Part shown: piece after piece, positions 29,947-40,372 of the stretch
How positions within the stretch are numbered: the first letter of the stretch is position 1
Layout of the letters: every line of letters starts with the position of its first letter
Assembly: GCA_964481885.1 (NCBI GenBank)
Contig: CAYZUS010000002.1
Span: 40,837 to 104,836, forward strand
Direction of reading: 5' to 3'
Length of the DNA: 64,000 nt
From: an uncultured Actinomycetota bacterium
GTDB taxonomy: Bacteria; Actinomycetota; Humimicrobiia; Humimicrobiales; Humimicrobiaceae
Program-made: the position numbers and the translations under genes
The notes under the pieces: model-generated
The model's input: only the letters and a program-made list of their open reading frames with translations
Told to the model about the DNA's origin: nothing
Database searches by the model: none

Positions 29947-30735
29947 ATGAAAAATGCATTAAGGATTTTTAAAAAAGAAATAAGGGAAGTGCTTAAGAAC
30001 AAAAGCATATGGCTTCCGATACTTATAGTAAGCGTGATGTTTTCTGCTATATTTCCCGGAGTAATGACCTTTACCCTGGACTCTTTTATAAAGGACCCCG
30101 ATACTGCAAGTTTTGTGGCAAGAGTTTTCCAGAATACAGGCGATATCCAGGTGGCACTGATGCAGTTTATCATAAAACAATTTATGATTTTTTTATTGCT
30201 TATTCCTGCAATGCTTCCAAGCCTCATTGCGCCTGCCTCAATTGTGCTTGAAAAAGAGAGTAACACCCTCGAACCGCTGATTGCCACACCGATAAAGACA
30301 AGCGAACTTCTGCTTGGCAAAACTCTTACAAGCATGATACCCTCTTTTGCAATTACCCTTATTAATTTTGTCCTGATAACTATTGTCATAGATGTAATTG
30401 GTTACATGAAGTTTAAAATGTTCTTTTTGCCCACAGTCGATTGGTTCGTGGTTACTTTTGTATTAAGCCCTATAATCTCTTTTATAATAACCATGATAAG
30501 CATTATTATTTCTTCAAAATCTACAGACATAAGATCCGCCCAGGGTTTGGGGGCCGCTGTAATACTTCCTATATATGCCATAATCGGAGCACAGATAGGA
30601 GGGCTGTTCCTGCTAAATGTAAAATATCTTCTGCTGGGCTGTCTGGTTCTTGCTTTGGTCTGTCCACTGGTCCTGCGGATTGCAATCAGAGTATTTGACA
30701 GGGAAAATATTTTAACAAAATGGAAAATGAAATAA
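29947..30735 (+). CDS. ABC-2 family permease
   Basis: 262 aa with ~6 transmembrane helices. It lies immediately downstream of the ATPase. Confidence 0.7.
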   Translation: MKNALRIFKKEIREVLKNKSIWLPILIVSVMFSAIFPGVMTFTLDSFIKDPDTASFVARVFQNTGDIQVALMQFIIKQFMIFLLLIPAMLPSLIAPASIVLEKESNTLEPLIATPIKTSELLLGKTLTSMIPSFAITLINFVLITIVIDVIGYMKFKMFFLPTVDWFVVTFVLSPIISFIITMISIIISSKSTDIRSAQGLGAAVILPIYAIIGAQIGGLFLLNVKYLLLGCLVLALVCPLVLRIAIRVFDRENILTKWKMK

Positions 30736-30932
30736 TATTACAGGGGTATCAGTTTAACTAAGGTAACCGGTTCCTATTGTAGATTGCATAAAGCATCAGT
30801 TATTACTTTGCAATAATGCTAATCCAGGGTGCGTCTCAGGCAGACCGGTACCAACCATGCTATTTTAATTTTTACCTTGTTTGGAGATTTGGTGGGAAAA
30901 AATACATTGAACAAATAAAAGTTGAAACAACA

Positions 30933-30973
30933 GGGACCCTCTGCAAATTGCAAAGGGCCCCTTATATTTTTTA
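30933..30973. terminator. bidirectional rho-independent terminator
   Basis: GC-rich hairpin GGGACCCTCTGCAA-ATT-GCAAAGGGCCCC at 30933-30961. A T-tract (ttatattttttaa) follows on the plus strand, and a T-rich tract follows on the minus strand (ttttatttgtt). It sits between the ABC-2 operon and convergent ytxH. Confidence 0.7.
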
Positions 30974-30992
30974 ATTGAAGATTGATACTTTT

Positions 30993-31322
30993 TTAGCTTT
31001 CAAGATCTTTCTGGTCAAGAATGACTTTTTTAATGATCTCAATTTCCTTCTCAGTAAAATCCTTGGCCTTGTTGTAAGTTTCTACAACGCTGTTTATAAT
31101 TTCAGAGTATTTCTCTTTAGTCATATTTTTTACTTTATCAGCTTTCTCTTCAACCTTCTCGCTGATATCAAGAACAGCTCTCTTTATATCGGTCCTTAGT
31201 TCTTCCCCGGTTTTAGTCGTGAGAAGAAGTGCTGCAACTGCGCCGGCGGCTGCTCCTATGACGAAGCCTATTATCCCGCATTTCAAACCTGATGAGCAAC
31301 TGTTTGAAGATTCTTCACTCAT
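30993..31322 (-). CDS. YtxH-like (DUF948) membrane-anchored protein
   Basis: An N-terminal hydrophobic helix (GIIGFVIGAAAGAVAALLL) followed by a charged coiled-coil. 109 aa. Confidence 0.6.
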   Translation of the reverse strand: MSEESSNSCSSGLKCGIIGFVIGAAAGAVAALLLTTKTGEELRTDIKRAVLDISEKVEEKADKVKNMTKEKYSEIINSVVETYNKAKDFTEKEIEIIKKVILDQKDLES

Positions 31323-31676
31323 TATTTTCCTCCTGTCGTATCAATGCTATTGTTATAAAAAATTATTAATATTAAAAAACAATTTTATCAATATTTATTT
31401 CTGCTTAAAATTATTACTAATTAAAGTTTTATTAATAAGGTATTTTGTGATTTAGTATTTTGTAATTTAGAGATTTTGGTTCCAAAAATTTTTGCAACTA
31501 TAATATAAAACATATTGTAGCTTTAAAAAACAAAAAACTGTCCGTTCCTTAAGGGCATTGTCGTCCGGCAATATTTTACAATACCTTAACAAATTATAGC
31601 AGATAATAAAAAAATAAGGATGCACTTAAACTTAAAATCCAAATATTTATATAATCTGAAATCTTTAAAATCGCAC

Positions 31677-32660
31677 TTAGAATAAATTACATTTTTTTAG
31701 CCAGTCAATACTGTCTTCGATTGTCTGCCTCACCGGTCTTGGATCATACCCCAGCTGCTCCGTAGCTTTATTATGGCTGATGAAAGAATTGCTTCTTAGC
31801 GTCCTCAAAGTATAAATGGTAAACACAGGCTTATGGCCAGTTACCTTATAATATATGGGGGTGAGCATTGCCACCGGATAAGCCACCCAGACAGGCAGTT
31901 TGTACCTTGGCAGAGGAACGCCCGTTAACTCTTTCAACATCTGCATAAGTTCGCCGGTGGTTACTCTCTGGCCTGAAAGTATATAGGTTTGCCCTTTTAC
32001 TCCCTTTTGAGCTGCAAGAATATGTCCCATTGCAGCGTCTCTTGCATCTACAAAATCAAAGGCACCATCCATAATAATTTTTTGTTTTCCCGCACAATAA
32101 TCAATAAACATGGAACCAATATTTGATACCTTGAAATCATACGGCCCCATTATTCCGGTCGGGCACACTATAACTGCGTCAAGGCCCTGCTGACTGACTG
32201 CCCTGAGCACATCCAGGCTTGCTTGTGCCTTTGTCCTGTTGTACTCGCCCATCCGGTTGTAAGGATCAAAAGGCAGAGTCTCGTCAATAATAGTTCCTGC
32301 CCCGCTTTCCCTATAAGCGCCGATGGAACCTGTGTAAATCAGTCTTTTTACTTTGCATTCAAGACAGGCCTTAATAACATTGCCGGTACCGACAATATTT
32401 ATTTCTCTTAATCTCTTGTGACGTCCCGGCATTATCGATACTTCTGAAGCAAGATGATAAACATACTCTGCACCATGAAAGGCTTTTTTTAGTGATTCAA
32501 AATCAAGAACATCACCATAAACTTTCTCAACTTCGCAGTCATCAAAACAAGCTGTGTCAGAAGATTTACGAACGAGGGCCCTTACATCCCTGCCCATGTT
32601 TAAAAGCTCCCTTATAAGAGCGTTTCCCAAAAGACCTGTTGAGCCTGTAATTATATCCAT
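31677..32660 (-). CDS. NAD-dependent epimerase/dehydratase (extended SDR)
   Basis: ITGSTGLLGNALIREL Rossmann motif and the YxxxK catalytic region. 327 aa. Confidence 0.75.
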   Translation of the reverse strand: MDIITGSTGLLGNALIRELLNMGRDVRALVRKSSDTACFDDCEVEKVYGDVLDFESLKKAFHGAEYVYHLASEVSIMPGRHKRLREINIVGTGNVIKACLECKVKRLIYTGSIGAYRESGAGTIIDETLPFDPYNRMGEYNRTKAQASLDVLRAVSQQGLDAVIVCPTGIMGPYDFKVSNIGSMFIDYCAGKQKIIMDGAFDFVDARDAAMGHILAAQKGVKGQTYILSGQRVTTGELMQMLKELTGVPLPRYKLPVWVAYPVAMLTPIYYKVTGHKPVFTIYTLRTLRSNSFISHNKATEQLGYDPRPVRQTIEDSIDWLKKCNLF

Positions 32661-32857
32661 AGTTTATTATTTATCCCTTATTTTAAGCTTTACTTAATGT
32701 ACCGGTTCCCTTATACAGAGTTTAAAAGCATATGGTAAATTTTATCTCTCTTCAATATTCTTACTGTTTATATTATCGGAATTATCTTTTTTGCTTTAAA
32801 ATGCCGGATAAAACCTCTGAATCCGGCCTGGCAGAGCAATTATAAATGCGCATAACC

Positions 32858-33796
32858 CTATAAACTTATAAACTTGCTTTTCGATAAGGTTTTTAATGCA
32901 AAATAAGTTATCCACTTGCTGGGTTTATTTTTTTTCTCAATATCCACGAGCATCCTGCCATTTAATGAGGATTCCATCTTCCATTTCCAGCCGTCAAGTT
33001 TCTTATCGTTAATATATTTCAGCGCATTTTTTAAATTAGAATTCTGTTTGCTGCAGCCGGCATCAACCAGTATCTGGGTAATTTCCAGGATATCGCTCTG
33101 ACTGCCTCTGGGGAAACCAAAACTGGTCCACTGCCCGCTTTTTTCCTTCTTTCTCGGGTAATTTGCTTCGACAATGTCATGGCTCAATAAAAACTTTGTT
33201 GCTTTGCCTATTGTTTTACTGACGCTTTCATTTCTGTTTTCCAAAGGAATACTGTTTAATGCCCTGATTATTTTGGCAATTCCCCAGGGACATTTCAGTT
33301 GTTGTCTGTACTTGCACCTGAAATCGTTCCTGAAAACAATATCAGTTATAAAATCTATTAAATGCTGTGTAAATGGTGCATCAAAATAACCAAATCTTAA
33401 AAGCATTTCAAGAGTAGTACCCTGAAGACACATGAGATTACCTGAGTATCTGCCCCTGGCAGGAAAGGCACCGTTTAATGTTTGCATGTCATTTACCATC
33501 AGGCTGACACCTTTTTTAATAGCAGGATTATTTCCAGCCACACCAAAAAGTGACAAAAAATACAGCTGCCAATATGATGAACGGTAAGGGGGATTATTCG
33601 TAAAACTTTCCTCCTGCCACATGCCTGATGGATCCTGCAGACTTAAAATGGCCGATGCAGCACCTGACTGCAGAATTAAATTTTCATGATGCATAGCATC
33701 AGAAGATGTAAGTTTTTCCCCGACAATGTTTACCAGTGTATAGTATTTAACTGAAGGATTGTCATCTTGAAGAAGCCAGTTTATTGATTTTTCCAT
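32858..33796 (-). CDS. hypothetical protein, possibly alpha/alpha-toroid (prenyltransferase/squalene-oxidase-repeat-like)
   Basis: 312 aa with repeated W/Y-rich QxxxG-like segments (SGMWQEE, SYWQLYFL). Low confidence from sequence alone. Confidence 0.3.
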   Translation of the reverse strand: MEKSINWLLQDDNPSVKYYTLVNIVGEKLTSSDAMHHENLILQSGAASAILSLQDPSGMWQEESFTNNPPYRSSYWQLYFLSLFGVAGNNPAIKKGVSLMVNDMQTLNGAFPARGRYSGNLMCLQGTTLEMLLRFGYFDAPFTQHLIDFITDIVFRNDFRCKYRQQLKCPWGIAKIIRALNSIPLENRNESVSKTIGKATKFLLSHDIVEANYPRKKEKSGQWTSFGFPRGSQSDILEITQILVDAGCSKQNSNLKNALKYINDKKLDGWKWKMESSLNGRMLVDIEKKNKPSKWITYFALKTLSKSKFISL

Positions 33797-33869
33797 AAAA
33801 TATAATGATCCCGGTTAAAGAATCTCGATTTTTTTAGCAATATAAAATTCGTTTAAAGTCAGTGGCACC

Positions 33870-35348
33870 CTAGTAAAGCTTGGAAACCAGGCCATATATA
33901 TTTTTATATTTTTCATATTTTTCAAGATACCTTTGCTTTATGCTGCTGTCGGGGTCAAACCTGTCTTTTACTTTTACGAATTTGGACAGTGCCTCGTTTA
34001 AGGTAAACTTGCCTGTGCCGACGCCCGCAAGCATCATTGTTGCAAGACATCCTGCTTCAGTTATATCCATTCGAAGTATGGGGCTGTCAAGAAGCGAGGC
34101 CTTTAATTTAAGCTCATAATCCGATTTCGCTCCCCCGCCTGTTGCCCTTAGTTCTGTGAGTTTTATGCCACTTTTTTTAACAAGCTCAAGATTATAGCAA
34201 ATCTCAAATACAAGACCTTCAACCAAAGCTTTAAAGATATCCTCCCTGGTGGTACCGAGATCAAGCCCGATTAAAGAGCCTTTTGCAACTGGATCCTGGT
34301 AAGGAGTGCCTGTTGCAGAAAAATATGGCAGTGCAAAAATTCTCGACGGCTTGTAGTCAAGCCTTGAGGAAATATCCCTTATCGTCTGATTTTGCCCATC
34401 AGATATGGTATCCCTGAACCATTTAACCACACTGCCTGAAGAAAGGTTATACGCGAGTGTCACATATTTGTCAGCCACTCCATGGGCCTGGCAGCAAAAA
34501 TTATACTCAAGCATCGCATCATTGGTTTGAGCTTCCTCCATGCAGATGCTGGCACACTCTACGGTGCCCATTCCATCAGCGGCAATGCCCCCGGTAATGG
34601 CCCCTGCTCCAAGAGCAGAACAGGGCTGGTCATGGCATCCGGAAACGACCGAAACCTGTCCTTTAAATCCGAGGTCTTCAGCAATTTTCTTACTGACAAA
34701 TCCAATCTCATTTCCAGAGGCAATAGGTTTTGAAAACAGATTTATATCTATATCAAAGTCATCAAGAATACCTTTGGTCCAAATCTTTTTTCTTACATCA
34801 AAAAATAATGTTCTAGAGGCAAGAGCATAATTTATCCTCGGCTCTTCCACACCAAGTTTGTGCGCCAGAAGATCATCTGTGAGAAGAATTTTTTTGGTGT
34901 TTTTATAAATTTGTGGCCTGTTGTTTTTAATCCATAAAATCTTGTTTAGCGGGCAGATATACCCTGGAGGAAACCCTGTTATCCCGAATAGCTCCGCAAC
35001 AGTGTATTTTGAGAGAACATATTCAAGCTCCTTTGTGCTTCTGGCATCAGTTGAATAAATGGTATTAAAAATCACATTGCCTTTTTCATCTATGGGTGTA
35101 ATACCTTCTCCAAAAGTTGATACGGCCAATGCTGTTACTGGGTCCTTTAGCACAGCAGGATTATTATTTACATTTCTTAATACATCAAAAACTTTTTTCC
35201 ACTGCGCTTCAGTGTCAAACTCAACCCACCCCGGCTCAGGAAATAATAAATCATATTCTTTATAGTCTGTAGCAAGAATGCTGCCATTTTCATCAAAGAC
35301 TATTGCTTTGGTGCCGGTAGTGCCAATATCTATCCCCATCAGGCTCAT
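33870..35348 (-). CDS. FGGY-family carbohydrate kinase (xylulokinase/gluconokinase-like)
   Basis: GIDIGTTGTKAIVFD...GCHDQPCSALGAG...ATGGGAKS. 492 aa. Confidence 0.8.
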   Translation of the reverse strand: MSLMGIDIGTTGTKAIVFDENGSILATDYKEYDLLFPEPGWVEFDTEAQWKKVFDVLRNVNNNPAVLKDPVTALAVSTFGEGITPIDEKGNVIFNTIYSTDARSTKELEYVLSKYTVAELFGITGFPPGYICPLNKILWIKNNRPQIYKNTKKILLTDDLLAHKLGVEEPRINYALASRTLFFDVRKKIWTKGILDDFDIDINLFSKPIASGNEIGFVSKKIAEDLGFKGQVSVVSGCHDQPCSALGAGAITGGIAADGMGTVECASICMEEAQTNDAMLEYNFCCQAHGVADKYVTLAYNLSSGSVVKWFRDTISDGQNQTIRDISSRLDYKPSRIFALPYFSATGTPYQDPVAKGSLIGLDLGTTREDIFKALVEGLVFEICYNLELVKKSGIKLTELRATGGGAKSDYELKLKASLLDSPILRMDITEAGCLATMMLAGVGTGKFTLNEALSKFVKVKDRFDPDSSIKQRYLEKYEKYKNIYGLVSKLY

Positions 35349-35543
35349 TATTTTTTATCCTCCAATAGTATTATTCCGCTTGTGAGGATCTGTTTCTGTG
35401 TAATGTATGCTGGCTCTTTTTACCCCTCCTGCCGGGGCAGCCACCATTAGCACAGAAACAAAAACCTCATGTAATCTTTTTACAGTAAGTTCAGTATTTT
35501 TACTGTTATATATATATTTATAAATAGTAATAAAAATACAGAA

Positions 35544-36659
35544 TTACTTTCTCATGCTTTCAGTCAGTATCATCTCAATTTCTCCCCTGTTGTTTTCAGG
35601 TTCAAAATATGCATCAATAATCTTCTCTACCGGCATGGCGTTAATTCTTTCGTTCATAATATTAAGAGCAAGTGCATTAATCTCAACTGCTTTTTCGACA
35701 GGCATTCTTTCAGGATTTATATCAATACCAAAATATTCCTTAAACCCTGCCATTTTAAGAACAAAAAGCATGCTTTCGGCCTGCTGCCATTCTATTACTC
35801 CAATATTTAAATCCTGGTCGTAATTTCCAAGCGGCTGGCTGTTCCAGTGGGTATTAAAAAGTCTTCCTTCCCTTAAGCATCTTGAAATTGCATATGGTGT
35901 ATCTTCTCCGCCCATCCTTACGTGGCCAATTTCAGGCTGCATACCCATAAGCGCAATACCTTTATCAAGCAGGGCCCTGTTCTCTTTGTTCTTCATTCTG
36001 CCTTCGATATCTTTGCATGCTATAAGTCCGTCAGCAGTTGTCCTGTATATATTATTGGGGGCAGGCTCGTAAGGCTTTGGTTCAATGGCGCATATAACAC
36101 CCGGAACTTCGTCCATTGCCTCTGCAACAGCACCTTCAAATCTGTCCCACATATCATAAAAAAGGGTTCCGAGCGAATATGTGTAACCATCAATGCCGGG
36201 CCATATTCCTGCATGGTGAAGATTTTTTGCCTTTGCAAATTTAAGAGTATTTACAAGCGTTTCACACGCCTTGTCACGATATTTCTTTATAGGATTTGAA
36301 AGAGAACCAAATTCATATTCTTTGGGATAAAATATTGCAGGATAAGCTGACTGCAGCACTATCCCTGTCTCTTTTTCAAGTCTTTCATACAAGTGATAGT
36401 TCTCTTCGTTTACTTCAGTAGGATAATGCGCCTCAAGTGCCCTCACTCCGAATTTTGCCATGCCTGCGGCCATCTCTATTCTTTCGGCAATTGTCTTGCC
36501 GGGAACATAAGCTTCATGAAAACGCCCGCCGCCAGGTGCGAAATACCATATTCCCAGAGAAATCTTCAAATCAAGAGAAAAACTTTTCATATGCTTTACG
36601 AGCTCTTCCCTTGAAAGCCTTTTCTTCTGGTAGCCTGTATCTGTTATTGAATTAGCCAT
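35544..36659 (-). CDS. xylose-isomerase-family sugar isomerase (L-rhamnose-isomerase-like TIM barrel)
   Basis: AIEPKPYEP motif (compare XylA IEPKPxEP) and a metal-binding His/Asp pattern. 371 aa. Confidence 0.55.
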   Translation of the reverse strand: MANSITDTGYQKKRLSREELVKHMKSFSLDLKISLGIWYFAPGGGRFHEAYVPGKTIAERIEMAAGMAKFGVRALEAHYPTEVNEENYHLYERLEKETGIVLQSAYPAIFYPKEYEFGSLSNPIKKYRDKACETLVNTLKFAKAKNLHHAGIWPGIDGYTYSLGTLFYDMWDRFEGAVAEAMDEVPGVICAIEPKPYEPAPNNIYRTTADGLIACKDIEGRMKNKENRALLDKGIALMGMQPEIGHVRMGGEDTPYAISRCLREGRLFNTHWNSQPLGNYDQDLNIGVIEWQQAESMLFVLKMAGFKEYFGIDINPERMPVEKAVEINALALNIMNERINAMPVEKIIDAYFEPENNRGEIEMILTESMRK

Positions 36660-36763
36660 TTTTTACCTCTTTTTTAATATTAAATATTATATTGTTTAAT
36701 ATTTTTAATACTTCCAGGTCACCCTGGACTTCAAATGTAATTTTCTAAAAAAATTTCATTTTT

Positions 36764-37927
36764 CTATTTTGAAACCTCTATCTGTATTTTTATCTGCTGA
36801 CCGGGATTTGTCTTTAACAGCCTTATTGCTTCTTCAGTCTTTTCAAGAGGGTATGTCCCCGTTATAAGCGGTGCAACTTTAACGAGCCCTTCCTCTATTG
36901 AACGAATGGCGCCAGGCCATGCAAGAGGAGCGAGCCATGCAGAACGGATTTCCTTGTCCATTGTATGAAAACTTAAGGCAGGAATCTTAAAGACATCGTC
37001 CCCATTGGGAAGCCCAAAGTGTACTATAACGGCACAGTTACCGACAATTTCCACTGCCTGTTCAAAGGCTGCATTTGAGCTTGTCGGGACTATTGCCCTG
37101 TCGGCAAGCCTGCCCCTGGTGAGCTCGCTTATGGTTTTCTTTAAATCCGGGGTATAGTATTTGCTCGTTTTTTCCACAGTATTAAAAATATAATCGGCTC
37201 CCACTTTTTTACCCTGCTCAAGTCTCCAGTCATCATTGGTTGCCCCCATCAAAGCAACTTTTGCTGCCCCGAGAGATTTGATCATCTGTATCATCATCAT
37301 TCCCATTGCACCTGGGCCAAAAACTGCAACAAAATCAGCTATTTTGATACCCAGTTTTTTGACTCCGTTTAGGGCGCATGCAAGCGGTTCTGTAAATGCC
37401 CCGGCAGAATAACTCATATCGTCAGAAATTTTAAAAAGACCTGTGTACCTTGAAACGCAATACTCTGCAAAGCCCCCGTTTACGGTTACTCCCGGGACAT
37501 TTAAATTTGCACACAAATGTGTCTGGCCCTCAGCACACGCATAGCATGCATTGCAATTCTGCACAGGATTTACAACAACCCTGTCACCTGGTTTAAACAG
37601 GCCAAGCATTTCCGGGACACTTCCAACTTTTACAACTTCACCTGTAAATTCATGCCCCAGAACAATAGGGCCCTTGCCGTTTGCTGTCCCTACAGGAGAC
37701 AACCCATAGTAGTAAGAAATATCTGAACCGCAGATACCAACACTTTTAACTTTTACAAGCACATCTATTGGAGATATCTCAGGAATGGCAATATCCTCCA
37801 TTTTCATTTTTTCAGCCTCATAAAAAACCTGGGCCTTCATTGTACCTTTCAATTCAGCCTCCTTTAAGCATAATTTTGATATTAATTTTGATATTTCTAA
37901 TTCACTGATTTGACTTTTCTGGTTCAA
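36764..37927 (-). CDS. zinc-dependent alcohol/polyol dehydrogenase (MDR family; sorbitol-dehydrogenase-like)
   Basis: GICGSDISYY...GHEFTGEV...GPGAMG Rossmann motif. 387 aa. Confidence 0.8.
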   Translation of the reverse strand: MNQKSQISELEISKLISKLCLKEAELKGTMKAQVFYEAEKMKMEDIAIPEISPIDVLVKVKSVGICGSDISYYYGLSPVGTANGKGPIVLGHEFTGEVVKVGSVPEMLGLFKPGDRVVVNPVQNCNACYACAEGQTHLCANLNVPGVTVNGGFAEYCVSRYTGLFKISDDMSYSAGAFTEPLACALNGVKKLGIKIADFVAVFGPGAMGMMMIQMIKSLGAAKVALMGATNDDWRLEQGKKVGADYIFNTVEKTSKYYTPDLKKTISELTRGRLADRAIVPTSSNAAFEQAVEIVGNCAVIVHFGLPNGDDVFKIPALSFHTMDKEIRSAWLAPLAWPGAIRSIEEGLVKVAPLITGTYPLEKTEEAIRLLKTNPGQQIKIQIEVSK

Positions 37928-38007
37928 TTGTAAAAATCACTCACAATATAAATTAAATCAGGAAATCATCCAATTAGAAATTTGAATAACTGGTTTATTT
38001 ATTATGA

Positions 38008-38895
38008 CTATTGTCCATATTTTTTTATAAGATCATCCAAAATGACCTTGCATCCGGCAGTAGCCTCCAGTGCTTTCGGCCAGAAACAAAGATCTATCGC
38101 CCACCATTCATCTTTATAACCCGCATCCAGAATCGCAGGCATAATTTCGTCAAAGTCAAGCAGACCGGTGCCAAGAGGAGCGTGAGTGCTTGTCTCGTCT
38201 CCATGAAGGGTTCCGTCAGAATCAATTAAATGTATGTGGCCTATTTTCCCGGTCAGCATATGCGCAAACTGCACAACTCCTTTAGGCAAAATCTCTTTAC
38301 TGCCAAGGTGCCTGGAACCCAGCACTGCGCTCATATAGGCATGGCATGAATCAAATAATATTGAAAAATTAGGATGATCAACAATATATGCCATCCTGGT
38401 TACTTCGCTTGGCTTGTTAAATAAAAAGCCCGGTTCGAATTCCCAGATAAGCTTTACGCCTTCTTTTGCACAGACATCCGCTGCCTTGTTCCACACAGAG
38501 GCCACCTTTGAAAAACAGGTTTCATAATCCATTCCTCCCGGTACAGCAGTCGGCCCATCTACTGAATCCACACGTAATTTTGGAATTTTCATATCAACAC
38601 AGATTGCGAGATTCTCCTTTACTGCTTTAATATAGTCATCCTGGCTTGATGTTGCAGGTGATGGAAACGGTGCTGCAAGCCCTGAAATTCCAAGCTTGTA
38701 CTTGTCTAACATTTTCTTGACTTCCAGTCTTTTTTCCTTTGTGTTAGCCTCAAGATGTGGAGGAAAAGCTGCCATTTCAATGCCATCAAATCCAAGCTCG
38801 ACCAGTTTTATTAAAACTTCTTCAAGAGGAATAGGCGCTTCAGAGTATCCGCCCCAAATATATGCCCACCCGCCTATTGATGTCTTTTTTGCCAT
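38008..38895 (-). CDS. sugar phosphate isomerase/epimerase (xylose-isomerase-like TIM barrel)
   Basis: GFDGIEM....WEFEP...HLIDSDG pattern. 295 aa. Confidence 0.7.
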   Translation of the reverse strand: MAKKTSIGGWAYIWGGYSEAPIPLEEVLIKLVELGFDGIEMAAFPPHLEANTKEKRLEVKKMLDKYKLGISGLAAPFPSPATSSQDDYIKAVKENLAICVDMKIPKLRVDSVDGPTAVPGGMDYETCFSKVASVWNKAADVCAKEGVKLIWEFEPGFLFNKPSEVTRMAYIVDHPNFSILFDSCHAYMSAVLGSRHLGSKEILPKGVVQFAHMLTGKIGHIHLIDSDGTLHGDETSTHAPLGTGLLDFDEIMPAILDAGYKDEWWAIDLCFWPKALEATAGCKVILDDLIKKYGQ

Positions 38896-39132
38896 TTTAT
38901 TCTCCTTTATTGTTAAATTTATAATGCATCACCTTTAATAATATTGCTTTAACTCGAAAGCCGATTACTTACCCCGGTAATCAATTCTTCAACCTGAGTG
39001 CCTGTTCTGCTGCATCCATTGTTCCCATAACAATGTTTCTTTTTTAGGAACAATGGCTCTTCTCTTCCTGACACGCGGGAAACAGATTTTTAATTATTCT
39101 CCACTGCTCTTAAGTTAAAAAATCATTTCCCT

Positions 39133-40329
39133 TTATTTCCCATAATGCTTTATTTTTGGAGCATCCATATTAATATCCGGCCCAAAGAATTTAATGATTA
39201 CAAGATCAGCCTGGCCATCATTTTTAACTGTAATGGGTTTGACTGCTCTGTCATGAGAAACAAGAAGCTCATCAAACTCGAAGTTCTTGCCTTCTATTTT
39301 GTGGCCGTCAAAAGTTCCTTTTCCCCTCCAGACAAGGATGTTAAAAACACCTTTTTCAGTAAAAGTGAAGCTTTCGCCGGGTTTTACTCTGAGGCGCTTC
39401 CCTGAGAATTTGGTTGTATTATAATAAATCCAGTGTTCTACTCCGCCTGCCTGCTTTGACTCTTCAACCAGAACATTGGGCAGATGGTGATTTTCATAAA
39501 AATAAGGATCGCCGTTTACGGGCCAGTCGAGCTGGTCAATTATTGCTCTTTCGCCTTTATTTTCCCTGTCTTCTTTGCAGACATCCTTATAAAGCAGTTC
39601 TTTTGAGATTATTTTCCCTGCATTTAAAGCCTGAAGCATTGAAAAAACATCAGAATCTTCCTGAAGCTCTATGGTAAGAGCAGTCCCCGGAGCATGAAGC
39701 ACTCCTGAAGGAAGGAAGAAACCTTCACCCGGAACATTAAGGTAAGCTCTTGCATGCTGCAAAATAAGGTCATCCTTCCATTCAACCAGGTACGGAAGCA
39801 GTATGTCATATTTCTTTTCATCAACAATATAAGGGTGCACTCCAAAAAATGTTTCAGGGTGCGGACCCAAATCTACATCTTCAGGAAAATAGTATGCTTC
39901 ATCTTTGGAATTTGCTCCAACCAGCTTTGCATCCTTCTCTCTCTGGTGTATATGGTAAGGGATCCTGGCACCGAAATCATAAATTTTTGCAAGTCTTCCG
40001 AGCCCTGAATGCGACTTTGCATACTGGGTACCCATAACAAGTTCTCCTGCAGCTGCTACAGCATCCCGCAGGCTTAATTCCTGGTCGCCGCTGATGTTTA
40101 AATAACTTAATCCCTCATCCTCAGGACCTATTGTATTAGATGCTTTTGTTACGGAAGCCAGCCATCGTTCACAAATAAACCCCCTGTCGCCGGCATCATA
40201 TTCTTTTTCCGTAAGCCCAAGTCTTCGTCCCGGCGGAAGAAAATCCCTTGCAACAAACGCAGGTTTTAACTTAAGAACTCCGCCGCCATCTTCCAGTGCC
40301 TTTTTTACAATCTCGTGGATGTCAGTCAT
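39133..40329 (-). CDS. cupin-type sugar isomerase, class I phosphomannose-isomerase (ManA)-like
   Basis: AKIYDFGARIPYHIHQREKD resembles the ManA motif ...LSIQVHPNK. A second His-containing region (ENHHLP) follows. 398 aa. Moderate to low confidence. Confidence 0.45.
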   Translation of the reverse strand: MTDIHEIVKKALEDGGGVLKLKPAFVARDFLPPGRRLGLTEKEYDAGDRGFICERWLASVTKASNTIGPEDEGLSYLNISGDQELSLRDAVAAAGELVMGTQYAKSHSGLGRLAKIYDFGARIPYHIHQREKDAKLVGANSKDEAYYFPEDVDLGPHPETFFGVHPYIVDEKKYDILLPYLVEWKDDLILQHARAYLNVPGEGFFLPSGVLHAPGTALTIELQEDSDVFSMLQALNAGKIISKELLYKDVCKEDRENKGERAIIDQLDWPVNGDPYFYENHHLPNVLVEESKQAGGVEHWIYYNTTKFSGKRLRVKPGESFTFTEKGVFNILVWRGKGTFDGHKIEGKNFEFDELLVSHDRAVKPITVKNDGQADLVIIKFFGPDINMDAPKIKHYGK

Positions 40330-40372
40330 TTTTACCTCCTGTAATTTACAAATATTTGTAATAATAATTAAT

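Noticed and set aside
29910-30389. 159-aa minus-strand ORF, plus several 60-130-aa ORFs at 41531-42357, 47267-47781, 52145-52925 and elsewhere
   Set aside because: All are antisense to strongly supported transporter or enzyme genes. They are typical shadow ORFs in AT-rich DNA.
38436-38455. tRNA T-arm-like motif GGTTCGAATTCCC
   Set aside because: It is embedded in the 38008-38895 CDS with no cloverleaf context. No tRNA is supported.
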